Of a DNA stretch of 64,000 nt, positions 19,601 through 29,484 are shown piece by piece. The notes beneath the pieces are model-generated. The model searched no databases. It saw nothing but the letters and a program-made list of their open reading frames with translations, and was not told the origin of the DNA. Each line of letters opens with the position of its first letter. Position 1 is the first letter of the stretch. Source of the stretch: a virus; the IMG/VR virus record IMGVR_UViG_3300032241_002336, positions 17,656-81,655 of that record; one strand, given 5' to 3'. The position numbers were made by a program, and so were the translations under genes.

Positions 19601-19842
19601 TAATAACTTATTTGTAAATTTTTAATTTTTAAATTAAACTGATTTTTTAAACCAAATGTCAATGGTTTATTTAGCGTAGTTAAACTCTGAACTTGTGTAA
19701 AATTCTGTAAATACGCTATATATCCATTTAAATTAATATAATCCTCAAATTGAATCTCAGATGATAATGTCGTATAATAAGACAAATTTGACATATAATT
19801 GTCTAGTATTACGGATTGTATGTTTTTTATTAAATTTGGCAT
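19600..19842 (-). CDS. Small hypothetical protein in the structural block
   Basis: 80-aa ORF, TATTTATT directly upstream, 1-nt overlap with the next gene. Confidence 0.5.
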   Translation of the reverse strand: MPNLIKNIQSVILDNYMSNLSYYTTLSSEIQFEDYINLNGYIAYLQNFTQVQSLTTLNKPLTFGLKNQFNLKIKNLQISY

Positions 19843-19860
19843 ATTAATAAATAGTTTTTA

Positions 19861-22800
19861 TTAAATTATTGGTGGACAATAATAAAATATTGTATTATCA
19901 CCACTATCAGCTAACAATAAAATATTAGTTGATTGATTATTAGTTACTGTAACAGAATATGGTAATGTTTCACAATATCCGTTACTCATAGAATCTTGGA
20001 ATTCAATATAATGAGTTGGGCTAGTAACACTTTGAACATACATAGTAACAATATTACCACTAGTTAATCCTGTTACTGTACCAAGTAATCCATATGTAGA
20101 ATTGGCTGGTACTGATGTTGTTTTAAGTAGTTTATAACTTCCACTATTAATTTTATAATATAATGAAGCAGTAGGTGTTGATACCATATTTCCATTATAA
20201 GCCCAATCTATTGTTAGAGAATAACCTGGCACGACACTTGTTGTCGCTGTACAACCCCAAAGTGTATCTGTTACTGTTACAGTGTAGGTCGTACCCGCAA
20301 CTAGACTAGTTGCTGTTGCAGTAGTTTGTCCATTACTCCAACTATAGGAATAAGAACCACTTCCTCCAGCTGGTATAGCAGTAGCTGTTGTATCCGTATG
20401 TGTTGTTGATACTGTTAAAGCACATGGTGTATTATTAACCGTAATACTAGGTGTAATGACGCAATTTAATGCATCTTTAATCGTTACAGTATATGTACTA
20501 GGTGTTAATCCTGTTGCTGTAGCTTTGGTCTGTACTGGGCTTGTATTCCAACTATATGTATATGGTGCCGTACCAGCTGTTACCGTGGCAGTTGCTGTGC
20601 CATTTGCAAACCCTCCGTGTGAAGTTGTTGAACTTAGGGTAGCATTGAGTGTACATGGTGTAGCACTTACTGTAACATTACCTGAATATGTACAATTCCA
20701 TATATCTTTAACAGTTACTGTATAAGTACTAGCTGATAATCCTGTAGCTGTAGCTGTAGTCTGTACAGGAACGGTGTTCCAAATATATGTATATGGCGAA
20801 TGTCCAGATAAAATAGTGGCACTTGCTGTACCATTATTTAAATTACCAGCTGTATTTGTTGAACTTAGATTAACAGTTAAATTACATGGTATATCTAAGA
20901 TAAAGGCACTATTTGTATAATTACAACCAGCATTATCTATTACAGTAACACTATAAGAAGTATTTCCAGATAAATTATTGGCAGTAGCTGTAGTCTGACC
21001 ATTGCTCCAACTGTATGTATATGGTGGTGTACCACCGCTAGCTGTAACAGTTGCTGAGCCGTTTGATAGATTACCCTGAGAATCAACTGTAGTTATTGTA
21101 CTTGTTAAATTACATGTTAAATTTGATACTGTTCCCCCTGTCGATGCGCTACATTGATAATAATCAGTAACAATAACACTAAAAGTACCACTTGTAATAC
21201 CAGTAATGGTCTGACCAGTATAAGATGTATTCCAAATATAAGTATACGGTGGAGTACCACCAGCTGGTATAGCTGTTATTGAACCATTTGAATTACCATT
21301 TGTACCATTTAATATATTGACATTGGCTGTCAATGTACATGGTATATCACCTACATTTACAGTCGTATCCGCTTGACAGAATACTGAGTCCGTTACTGTG
21401 ATAATATAATCCCCAGTTGTAAGACCCGTTGCTGTTGTTCCCGTTTGGATCGGACTTGTCCCCCATTCATAATAATATGGCGGTAATCCACCCGTGACGG
21501 TTACACTTGCTGTACCATTTGCTAATATATTATTTGCATTTGTTGATGTAGTTGTTAATGCTAAATCACATGGTAATTCTGTTAAATATATCTCTTGATA
21601 TGCTGTACAATTTGGCATACTTGTATCAGTAACTGTTACACTATATACTTCTGCTGGTATATTTGAAATAGTCTGTGTTGTGGCACCATTATTCCATAAG
21701 AATGTAACGGGTCCATTAGAGCCATATACATGTGCCGTAGCACTACCATTTGATTGATTATAACTAGGCTCTACTGTATCAATTATAACTTGTATTCCAC
21801 ATTCATTTATAGTATTTTTTAATGCTGGGGCATTTGGTCCAACTACACTAACAGTACCATAAAATTCAGAACCACTATTCATTTGGATTAAATATACATT
21901 AGAATAATCATTTGATTGTCCCTGTGTAAAAAATGATGCTGTGGCTAATGAGTTTCCTTCAATAACTTTAGTAGTAGCACTTACACTACATGAAATACCA
22001 CTTGCTGGATATGAATCAAAAGAAAATGAACCATCATATCCAAATAATGTACTATATGATTTATATTTAAATTTATTATTATCAAATATTGTATTTGTAT
22101 ATATTTTTGTAGAGCCCCATAGTGTTGTGGCTGGAATGACTTGTTCGATAATACTGACCCAATAGTTTCCTACTAAATTAGCAAACGAATCCATATTAAA
22201 ATAGTTAAACTCAGCACTCTTTAAGCCGCATAAATTGGTGCTATTCATATATCTATCATATAATAGTCTTAATGTAGGATATGAGCTAATTGTTTTTCTA
22301 TTCTTCGCATCAATTAATTCTGTAGTTAAATAGTATTCAAAATCCTCTATTGTAGATACAGCACTCAATGGCTGTGTCATTAAACTATTAATATCAACAT
22401 TTGCGTCCCCACAATATTCGCTACAGCAATAAATCTGTGGTGTACATATTATTGTTCCAGTATGAGCTGTTGTATATGTATATCCTGTAGTATAACCAAA
22501 TACAGTAGTTGTTCCTGTAGTAATCATTATAGGGACATTATCTATTTTACTACAAGTAGGTGGAGTGGCGCATGTATTTAAAGCAAAATTAGTCGGACAT
22601 GTATAACCCATAGTTGTGCCTAGATCAAAATTCATCCCTATTTTTTGAATTGTTGAAAATATGACATTAGCACCAGTAATTCCTGAACTAGTAGCACCAG
22701 TTAAAGTCGCAAAACTTGTGGGTTCATAAATTTCAGCAGCAAATGCAGTAAATCCACCCGCATTTTTACCTATCATTTCAATTATGTTTACCCCTGCGTT

Positions 22801-24603
22801 TAATTGAATTTCAAACACACTCCAAAAATAATAACTAGTGCCAGCTGTTGAACTACTAAAATCAACTATTAATGTTCCATTTAATGAAAATTGAGCATAA
22901 TTATCAGCACCAATTCCAAGATAATAAGTTCCACCAGTTTGGGCACTTATACATTCTGAAAATCCTAACCATTCTGTAGTTGATGCGCTTAAACCAGCAT
23001 TATTCAATCTACCATTAGCAATACTTCCTAATGAAGCCCAAAATGGACTAGTATTATTAATAACTATTGGTGAAATTGTTCCACCACTTTGGTCTACTAA
23101 AGTTCCCCCACTATAGGTAACTGGTAAAGCCCCATCATTCAATACATTTGGATAAAAAAAGGCACCATATGTTCCATAAAGAGTATTTTTATCACCAGCT
23201 ACTATAGTGCTTCCAGAACCATTATAAGTTGCACCTGTTACAATAATAGATTGACAAGAACTATTTAATGATGTCGCAGTATAACCAAGTGGACATGAGT
23301 ATATTGTTGTAGCTGAAGTTGTACTTGTTAATGTTAAAGTAGTTGATGTTATTACTGTATAATTTGGATAAAAATTTCCAGCTTCCTTTACACATAATGT
23401 AGTACCAATACTGACACCAGTTAAAATACAGGGATTATTAGATATAAAACTCCAGACATCTGTTTCCACGGCTTCAGCTAAGTTAATATCTAAATTAATT
23501 TCTTTTGTATTTATAGCTTGATTTGAATTATCTATATAATAATCTGTATATCTTATTGGATTATTGCCAAAAGCATCTGTTACTGAAAATGTACGCTGTG
23601 TTGTACTAGAATTCGCTATCCAAGATTTTTTATTATCTCTTACTCTGTCTAATTGAAAGCCTGGGGATTGTGTAAGAAATAATGTATTTTCTTTTACATC
23701 CACACAATTATGATTAAGTGTAATATTATCCAGTAAAACACAAGTATCAATACATATACCACTTACTTGAATTGATAATTTTATTTTTTGATTGGTCATG
23801 GCACTTATTACAGTTGGATCTGTAATATCTGTATGAAAATGCTGCCAATTTGCGCCAAATGCGTTTGCATTTATATTTTGCGTAAATGCTGTTAATTCTA
23901 AAACATTTAATCCAGATTCATCATATAATTGTGTTATAAGTTGATTAGCAACAATACCACAATTAATACTATTACCACTGGCATTTAAATTATATAAATT
24001 TAGGGGATGGCATGTAGTATCTGATGTATTAGTGACAGATTCCCCACAAATAAAAAAACCAGTATTTGTACCAGTTGTACTTAAATAATTATATAAATTA
24101 CCACTTCCTATTACATTAAAAAGTTTTTGTTCATATACTGTTTTAAAATTTGTTTGGGATTCTACTACATCTATTGATATAGAAGCTCCTATTGATTCAA
24201 AAACATCTATAATTGTGTTACAAGTTCCAGTAACAATACCAGAAGCAAGTTGTGTTAATGTAGCGCAATCAAATTTAAATAAATAATCAAAATCAACACT
24301 CAATGTACATGTCTGATCAGGATAAATTGCAAACATAGTACCATCATTTCCTCTTGTATTTAAGACTATATTAGGCGCAACCGAACAGTCTATATTAGAC
24401 CAGCGACATTGTTGTTTTGTAGAGTCCCAATATGCGTTAGTAATTCCCAGCGCATCACAACTAGATTTGACTAAAGATTGGGGGGCTAAATTTCCTGTGA
24501 TACTATTATAGGTATAAACAGAAATTGTCCCATCAGGATTTTGAATAACCTGTCCATTTGCATTTGTTATGTCTTGCGCTGATGGCCAACTTGTTTCTGT
24601 CAT
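19861..24603 (-). CDS. Large tail/fibre protein with seven SprB-like repeats
   Basis: 1580 aa; WVSIIEQVIPATTLW..KFKY conserved-looking core; tandem GGTPPYTYSW..TATGL..YTVTVTD..C repeats. Confidence 0.7.
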   Translation of the reverse strand: MTETSWPSAQDITNANGQVIQNPDGTISVYTYNSITGNLAPQSLVKSSCDALGITNAYWDSTKQQCRWSNIDCSVAPNIVLNTRGNDGTMFAIYPDQTCTLSVDFDYLFKFDCATLTQLASGIVTGTCNTIIDVFESIGASISIDVVESQTNFKTVYEQKLFNVIGSGNLYNYLSTTGTNTGFFICGESVTNTSDTTCHPLNLYNLNASGNSINCGIVANQLITQLYDESGLNVLELTAFTQNINANAFGANWQHFHTDITDPTVISAMTNQKIKLSIQVSGICIDTCVLLDNITLNHNCVDVKENTLFLTQSPGFQLDRVRDNKKSWIANSSTTQRTFSVTDAFGNNPIRYTDYYIDNSNQAINTKEINLDINLAEAVETDVWSFISNNPCILTGVSIGTTLCVKEAGNFYPNYTVITSTTLTLTSTTSATTIYSCPLGYTATSLNSSCQSIIVTGATYNGSGSTIVAGDKNTLYGTYGAFFYPNVLNDGALPVTYSGGTLVDQSGGTISPIVINNTSPFWASLGSIANGRLNNAGLSASTTEWLGFSECISAQTGGTYYLGIGADNYAQFSLNGTLIVDFSSSTAGTSYYFWSVFEIQLNAGVNIIEMIGKNAGGFTAFAAEIYEPTSFATLTGATSSGITGANVIFSTIQKIGMNFDLGTTMGYTCPTNFALNTCATPPTCSKIDNVPIMITTGTTTVFGYTTGYTYTTAHTGTIICTPQIYCCSEYCGDANVDINSLMTQPLSAVSTIEDFEYYLTTELIDAKNRKTISSYPTLRLLYDRYMNSTNLCGLKSAEFNYFNMDSFANLVGNYWVSIIEQVIPATTLWGSTKIYTNTIFDNNKFKYKSYSTLFGYDGSFSFDSYPASGISCSVSATTKVIEGNSLATASFFTQGQSNDYSNVYLIQMNSGSEFYGTVSVVGPNAPALKNTINECGIQVIIDTVEPSYNQSNGSATAHVYGSNGPVTFLWNNGATTQTISNIPAEVYSVTVTDTSMPNCTAYQEIYLTELPCDLALTTTSTNANNILANGTASVTVTGGLPPYYYEWGTSPIQTGTTATGLTTGDYIITVTDSVFCQADTTVNVGDIPCTLTANVNILNGTNGNSNGSITAIPAGGTPPYTYIWNTSYTGQTITGITSGTFSVIVTDYYQCSASTGGTVSNLTCNLTSTITTVDSQGNLSNGSATVTASGGTPPYTYSWSNGQTTATANNLSGNTSYSVTVIDNAGCNYTNSAFILDIPCNLTVNLSSTNTAGNLNNGTASATILSGHSPYTYIWNTVPVQTTATATGLSASTYTVTVKDIWNCTYSGNVTVSATPCTLNATLSSTTSHGGFANGTATATVTAGTAPYTYSWNTSPVQTKATATGLTPSTYTVTIKDALNCVITPSITVNNTPCALTVSTTHTDTTATAIPAGGSGSYSYSWSNGQTTATATSLVAGTTYTVTVTDTLWGCTATTSVVPGYSLTIDWAYNGNMVSTPTASLYYKINSGSYKLLKTTSVPANSTYGLLGTVTGLTSGNIVTMYVQSVTSPTHYIEFQDSMSNGYCETLPYSVTVTNNQSTNILLLADSGDNTIFYYCPPII
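20225..21801 (-). repeat. Seven tandem SprB-like protein repeats (~65-75 aa each)
   Basis: Repeated C-x-L...NG(S/T)A.....GG.PPY.Y.W...QT..TAT.L....Y.VTV.D...C units; boundaries approximate. Confidence 0.8.
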
Positions 24604-24643
24604 TTTATTATTTTAGTTTTTTATAAATAGCGAATATTACACT

Positions 24644-27600
24644 TTATATACAATTATTTGGTATACCCTTACTGTTATTTTCGCTTACTACAGTAATAAG
24701 TACAGGTACAATTTTAGTCCCAACAACAAAGCTATAATAATTATCAGATGGGCGAAATCCACAATAAGCATTTGTATCCCCATAAATGTAAAAACTAGCT
24801 ATATTATTATTTAAATCCGAAACACCAATATATACTGTTGTTCCAATAGCTACATTATCAATTTTTCCTATACTCATATAACTAAGTGACATGCCTTGTG
24901 GGTATACAGTAAAATATTTCCAATTTTTGCCATTATCAACACTATACCAAATATTAACGCCCATAACATTTTGTTGTATAGTTTGATTTAACTCAATAGG
25001 TACACTAACTGTATTGGATACATACGCAGTTGCTGTTACTTGACAACCAGTACTTAAATCAGTTACAGTAACATTATAAGTTCCAGTTCCTAAATTATTT
25101 ATTGTCTGTGTAGTAGCATTATTATTCCATAAATAAGTTATATTTGTATTAGAATTAACACCACCTACATTAGCCGTAGCTGAATTACTTGTTGTTGTTA
25201 TAGTTACTGTTAAATAACTACAATCAATTGATGGAACAGTAATTGGTAATGTATTTGAACAGCCAATACTATCTGTTACGGTTACTTTATAATTACCTGC
25301 TGATAAGCTACTTATAGTATTTGTTGTATTCTGTATTAAAATAGTACCATTATTATTGAGTGAATACCAAGTTATTGTATAGGGTCCCGTGGCATTATTT
25401 ACATTAATTTTTATGGAGCCATCACTTCCTGTACTACCCTTAACAGTAGGTGTTATTGTTAAATTACAAGATATTAAGGGTACATTTATGGCAGTAGTTA
25501 CTGAACAACCATTTGAATCATTAACGGTAATATTATATATACCATTAATTAAATTTGGTATTGTAAAAGTACCGACAATATTTTCATTCGTTGTTGTTGT
25601 ATTTCCTATATTCCAACTATAATTATATGTTCCATTACCACCAGCAGTTATTATTGAAATAGAGCCAGTTGGTGAACCATTAGTTGAACCAATGACATTA
25701 GTTGTTAGTTTTAATTTACAAGCTATACTGCTACAGCCTATAGTTCCACTGGATCTCTCATTATATGTAGAAATTATTATAGAATTAGCTGATAATAAAT
25801 CATTTAATCCTAATGATGTCAATTGACATCCATAACCAATATTATTAGTGATTGGATCGGTAATTTTTGTCGCTATTGTATAATTAGGAATACAATTACA
25901 TCCATCTACAGATACCGTTGTTGTTCCACCAGTTTCTGTATCAAATACCAAATATTTTTGATTATCCTGAGGATTTATAAGATATTCTGCGACATCTAAT
26001 TTCCAATTACATGTAACAAAGCAACCACATGTATTAGTTGTTTGGCAGCAAATATATCCGTTATTATATAAATTACCATTTGAATCTAATTCATTATAGA
26101 AGTATGGTATACTGCCGTTAAAATTACAGCATTTTTCATTAATAAAATAACTACTGTAATAAACTGGGGCGTTATTAACTTCATAAAGGCTACCATCCAA
26201 ATTATATTGATTAAAATTGAATATATAATAACCATACTGAGTATTTAAACTTGTACTAGCTATTTCTTCTTGACAACTTAATTCTATAACTTTATTACTA
26301 AGACAAACACTAAGACATTTTGAATCTGTTGGTATAACACAACCGCAATTTGTTAAATCTTGTCTATCCGCTGGATCTAATACGACACTTGATGTTATCA
26401 ATACACAATTACTAAAATCAGCGCCATCATCATTTGTTATGTCAACATATGTATTACCAGAATAACTGGTCATTGTGCCACCATTATAGTTATTGAATAA
26501 ATTTACACTACTTGTTGTTGTAGTCTGTGAACTTATAGTGACAGCTGAAAAATTAGGTATTAGGCTTTTAAATTGATTAATATAAGCATATCCACCATCA
26601 TATGGACCTAAATGTGGATTATTACCAGTTGTAATATCAAGATTTGCATTCGGACCTCCTGTTTCTCTATACCATAATCCATTACTCTGAAAATATAAAT
26701 TAGGAGTATTTGTTAATGGAGCTGGGTATCCACTTAGACTTACTGGATAATTTGTTAAATCAGGATTAGCATTATTTAATAGTAATGCTTCTTGAAAAAC
26801 ATTCATGTCTATTTGATTCTGTGCGACATAAACATATTCATTAAATGATATAAGACCCAATGGAGTACCTATAAATTTAAATAAAAATTCAACAGCTTTT
26901 CTTGTTCCCTTTGACTTCCATAACCATGGAGTATTTAAAATTAATCTTCTCCATAGCTCATTATCAGCCTCTTCAGCAGTAAATCCAACACTATGTCCAC
27001 TATATGTTGATTGATTAGGTAAGACATAATTTTTTAATAAATCTAATTCTAATACAGAAGATATTAAATCCCAACCTAGATTTTTAGCTAGATCTTTTAA
27101 ATATACATCTGGTGTATTATCATTTTTATCATAACTAACAACATGTGCAAAACTAATACCCTTTACGTATGTATTTAAATCATCATATCCCCTACCATAA
27201 ATGTTTAAAGTTTTTAACATTTTTTGGTCACTTGTATCTTGATCCTGCGGATCAGCATGTACTTCAGTCGTGTCAAAATCAGTAATAGAATTTGATACAA
27301 GGAATCTGGTCATTAAACTACTTGTTGTTAAATCATAATTTGAGCATATTCCAGATAATTTGGTAGCATAATTGATATATTGAACAGTATCAAAATCAAG
27401 ATTATAACCATCGGTTGTCGGCCATGTAACAGTATCGCTTATATATAATATATTACCCGTATCAGCCTTAACTGTATAATTAAATTTTGCGGTATATTTT
27501 GGATTTGAAAATCTATTTAATAGATATGCTTCAAAAGGTGGCAGATTATTAAAAAATAAATTTTCTTGTACGGTATTTGGTTTTATATAATATGTTAAAT

Positions 27601-28348
27601 AACCATTATTCGTTATTCCAGAAAAAACATTTCCCTGAACAACAAAATATAAATAATCATTAATTGTTTTTGTAGAACCAGTGAACCCAAATATATCATA
27701 TTCTTGATTATTATATAATATCGCATATTCTTGATAACTGTTAATTAAAACAGTTAATGGGTTGTTTGAAGCCGTTGTCTGTCCAGACATCCCATTATTA
27801 AAATAATTAAGTTGATATTGATTAGCAATTGTATTAACATTAACTCTAAAGGATGACTGATTACTAATGCTATTGTATATATAATTTTCAACTGTATATC
27901 CTGATTGTGTCAGATATACTGGAGGAATGGCATAAATTGGATTGACGTATAATGCCGCTGGCCAATTAATAATAATATCCTCTAGTGATACTCTAACTAA
28001 TTCAGTCAAGGAACCAAATAAAGCATAATTTGTTAAATCTGTAGTATCAAGATTTAATAAAACTGTAGCATTATTTAATAATAAATTTAAAGAATCTGCT
28101 AAATTTGTATTTAAATTAGTTAATGTTACAAAATTAGAAAAGTTCTTAGTTGTAAAAGTTTTAGTCGTTTTAGGACTATAATTTGTTGTTACAGCAAAAT
28201 TACCAAGCGTAAAAAGAGATGTTGAGCCTGATGAAACTAGCGATGGGCCAGCTAGATCAGGCATAAAATTTCTATATTCTATATTGTCATTATATACGAC
28301 CTTCTGGGCATATCCGACAACTTTTATTCTTGGGTTGCTACTTGTCAT
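24644..28348 (-). CDS. Baseplate/tail protein (P2 gpI-like motif) with three SprB-like repeats
   Basis: PDVYLKDLAKNLGW..WRRLILNTPWLWKSKGTRKAVEFL; Cys-rich linker; SprB repeats at about 25020-25720. Confidence 0.7.
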   Translation of the reverse strand: MTSSNPRIKVVGYAQKVVYNDNIEYRNFMPDLAGPSLVSSGSTSLFTLGNFAVTTNYSPKTTKTFTTKNFSNFVTLTNLNTNLADSLNLLLNNATVLLNLDTTDLTNYALFGSLTELVRVSLEDIIINWPAALYVNPIYAIPPVYLTQSGYTVENYIYNSISNQSSFRVNVNTIANQYQLNYFNNGMSGQTTASNNPLTVLINSYQEYAILYNNQEYDIFGFTGSTKTINDYLYFVVQGNVFSGITNNGYLTYYIKPNTVQENLFFNNLPPFEAYLLNRFSNPKYTAKFNYTVKADTGNILYISDTVTWPTTDGYNLDFDTVQYINYATKLSGICSNYDLTTSSLMTRFLVSNSITDFDTTEVHADPQDQDTSDQKMLKTLNIYGRGYDDLNTYVKGISFAHVVSYDKNDNTPDVYLKDLAKNLGWDLISSVLELDLLKNYVLPNQSTYSGHSVGFTAEEADNELWRRLILNTPWLWKSKGTRKAVEFLFKFIGTPLGLISFNEYVYVAQNQIDMNVFQEALLLNNANPDLTNYPVSLSGYPAPLTNTPNLYFQSNGLWYRETGGPNANLDITTGNNPHLGPYDGGYAYINQFKSLIPNFSAVTISSQTTTTSSVNLFNNYNGGTMTSYSGNTYVDITNDDGADFSNCVLITSSVVLDPADRQDLTNCGCVIPTDSKCLSVCLSNKVIELSCQEEIASTSLNTQYGYYIFNFNQYNLDGSLYEVNNAPVYYSSYFINEKCCNFNGSIPYFYNELDSNGNLYNNGYICCQTTNTCGCFVTCNWKLDVAEYLINPQDNQKYLVFDTETGGTTTVSVDGCNCIPNYTIATKITDPITNNIGYGCQLTSLGLNDLLSANSIIISTYNERSSGTIGCSSIACKLKLTTNVIGSTNGSPTGSISIITAGGNGTYNYSWNIGNTTTTNENIVGTFTIPNLINGIYNITVNDSNGCSVTTAINVPLISCNLTITPTVKGSTGSDGSIKINVNNATGPYTITWYSLNNNGTILIQNTTNTISSLSAGNYKVTVTDSIGCSNTLPITVPSIDCSYLTVTITTTSNSATANVGGVNSNTNITYLWNNNATTQTINNLGTGTYNVTVTDLSTGCQVTATAYVSNTVSVPIELNQTIQQNVMGVNIWYSVDNGKNWKYFTVYPQGMSLSYMSIGKIDNVAIGTTVYIGVSDLNNNIASFYIYGDTNAYCGFRPSDNYYSFVVGTKIVPVLITVVSENNSKGIPNNCI

Positions 28349-29253
28349 TATACTGTTGTTATTGTTGTAAAGTTTTTAGTAAAATCAATATTGGTTCTCT
28401 GTTGTCTAATTTCAAATAATGGCAATCCAGTATATGCATCTTTAATTTCATACAAATCATACTGTGCATAAATTTGATTATTGAAATTGTATATTGTATA
28501 TATACCATCATCAATTGATTTAGACTGATTACCATACAATGCATAAGCAAGTGTATCAAAATCATTTGTAACAAGTTCTAGTTCAATCATTATTGGATTG
28601 AAAAATGTATTTGTTAAAATAACTGGCTGATTTGTCTGTCCTATAAATGGAAAAATATTTGGACTTACATTTGGTGCCGAATTAGGGGAAACAGTACAAA
28701 AAACAAGAGTGGAATTATCATTAAAACGATATCTTATAGCTTTTTGATTTGTATTTGTAAGATTTTGATTTACTGGTTCAGCTCTATTATTAGAGGTAAT
28801 TATAGTAAATGTATTATTTATCTTAGCGTCTGGCGCAGAAGGATTTAAATATTCAATTTTATAACCAATTAAGCCATTATTTTCAAAATATGTCAAAAAA
28901 TTAGTAGGAATTGTTGATAAATCAAATATTAACCCGTTAATATCTGGATATGCTGACAAAACACCGACATCAACAATATTTGTTCTTATTTCAACTGGTT
29001 TTATAATAATTGTATAAATTCCAGCTGTTGAAAATATATTTGTGGGTAGTTGTAGCGTATACATTCCACTAAACATTTCAAAACTATAGGGACTATTTGG
29101 ATTTTTAACTTTAACCAAAACATCACTAGAATTAGTTATTTTAGTCAATGTACTAGCTTGTACTGACCTATTAGACGCATAAGTATAAAAAATCTCTACA
29201 TCCTGTGGTGCTACATCAGCACTTCTTATATTACCATAGATACCACTAGCCAT
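28348..29253 (-). CDS. Putative virion structural protein
   Basis: 301-aa N/T-rich ORF; 1-nt overlap with the downstream tail gene. Confidence 0.65.
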   Translation of the reverse strand: MASGIYGNIRSADVAPQDVEIFYTYASNRSVQASTLTKITNSSDVLVKVKNPNSPYSFEMFSGMYTLQLPTNIFSTAGIYTIIIKPVEIRTNIVDVGVLSAYPDINGLIFDLSTIPTNFLTYFENNGLIGYKIEYLNPSAPDAKINNTFTIITSNNRAEPVNQNLTNTNQKAIRYRFNDNSTLVFCTVSPNSAPNVSPNIFPFIGQTNQPVILTNTFFNPIMIELELVTNDFDTLAYALYGNQSKSIDDGIYTIYNFNNQIYAQYDLYEIKDAYTGLPLFEIRQQRTNIDFTKNFTTITTV

Positions 29254-29313
29254 TTATTTTTTTTTTATTTTTTTTTATTATTTAATATATTTTACTAACT
29301 TAAAAAGTAAAAT

Positions 29314-29433
29314 TTATTGTTTTTTTAAATTAAAATATCCGTTACCGTAATTCTGTAATTCATCTATATTTGTAATTTCAGCCATTTTTAAATGACTTTC
29401 AAATACACTCAAAATTCCTCTATCTATAAATAC
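29314..29433 (-). pseudogene. Orphan duplicate of the last 39 codons of gene 30373..31206
   Basis: Translates VFIDRGILSVFESHLKMAEITNIDELQNYGNGYFNLKKQ* versus IFIDRGILSVFESHLKLSEITNLDELTKYGKGYFKLIPQ* (29/39 identical); no start codon at its 5' end. Confidence 0.9.
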
Positions 29434-29440
29434 ATGCAAT

Positions 29441-29470
29441 TATTTATATATTTGATATATTTATAAATAT
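29441..29470. promoter_or_regulatory. Clustered/bidirectional promoter motifs upstream of the endonuclease gene
   Basis: TATTTATA (29441), TATATTTG (29447) and the perfect palindrome ATATTTATAAATAT (29457-29470), which gives TATTTATA on both strands. Confidence 0.55.
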
Positions 29471-29484
29471 GCAAAAAGTAATTT

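Noticed and set aside
16952-28348. Diversity-generating retroelement acting on the fibre genes
   Set aside because: No reverse transcriptase in the window, and the duplicated modules are broadly diverged rather than differing only at adenines
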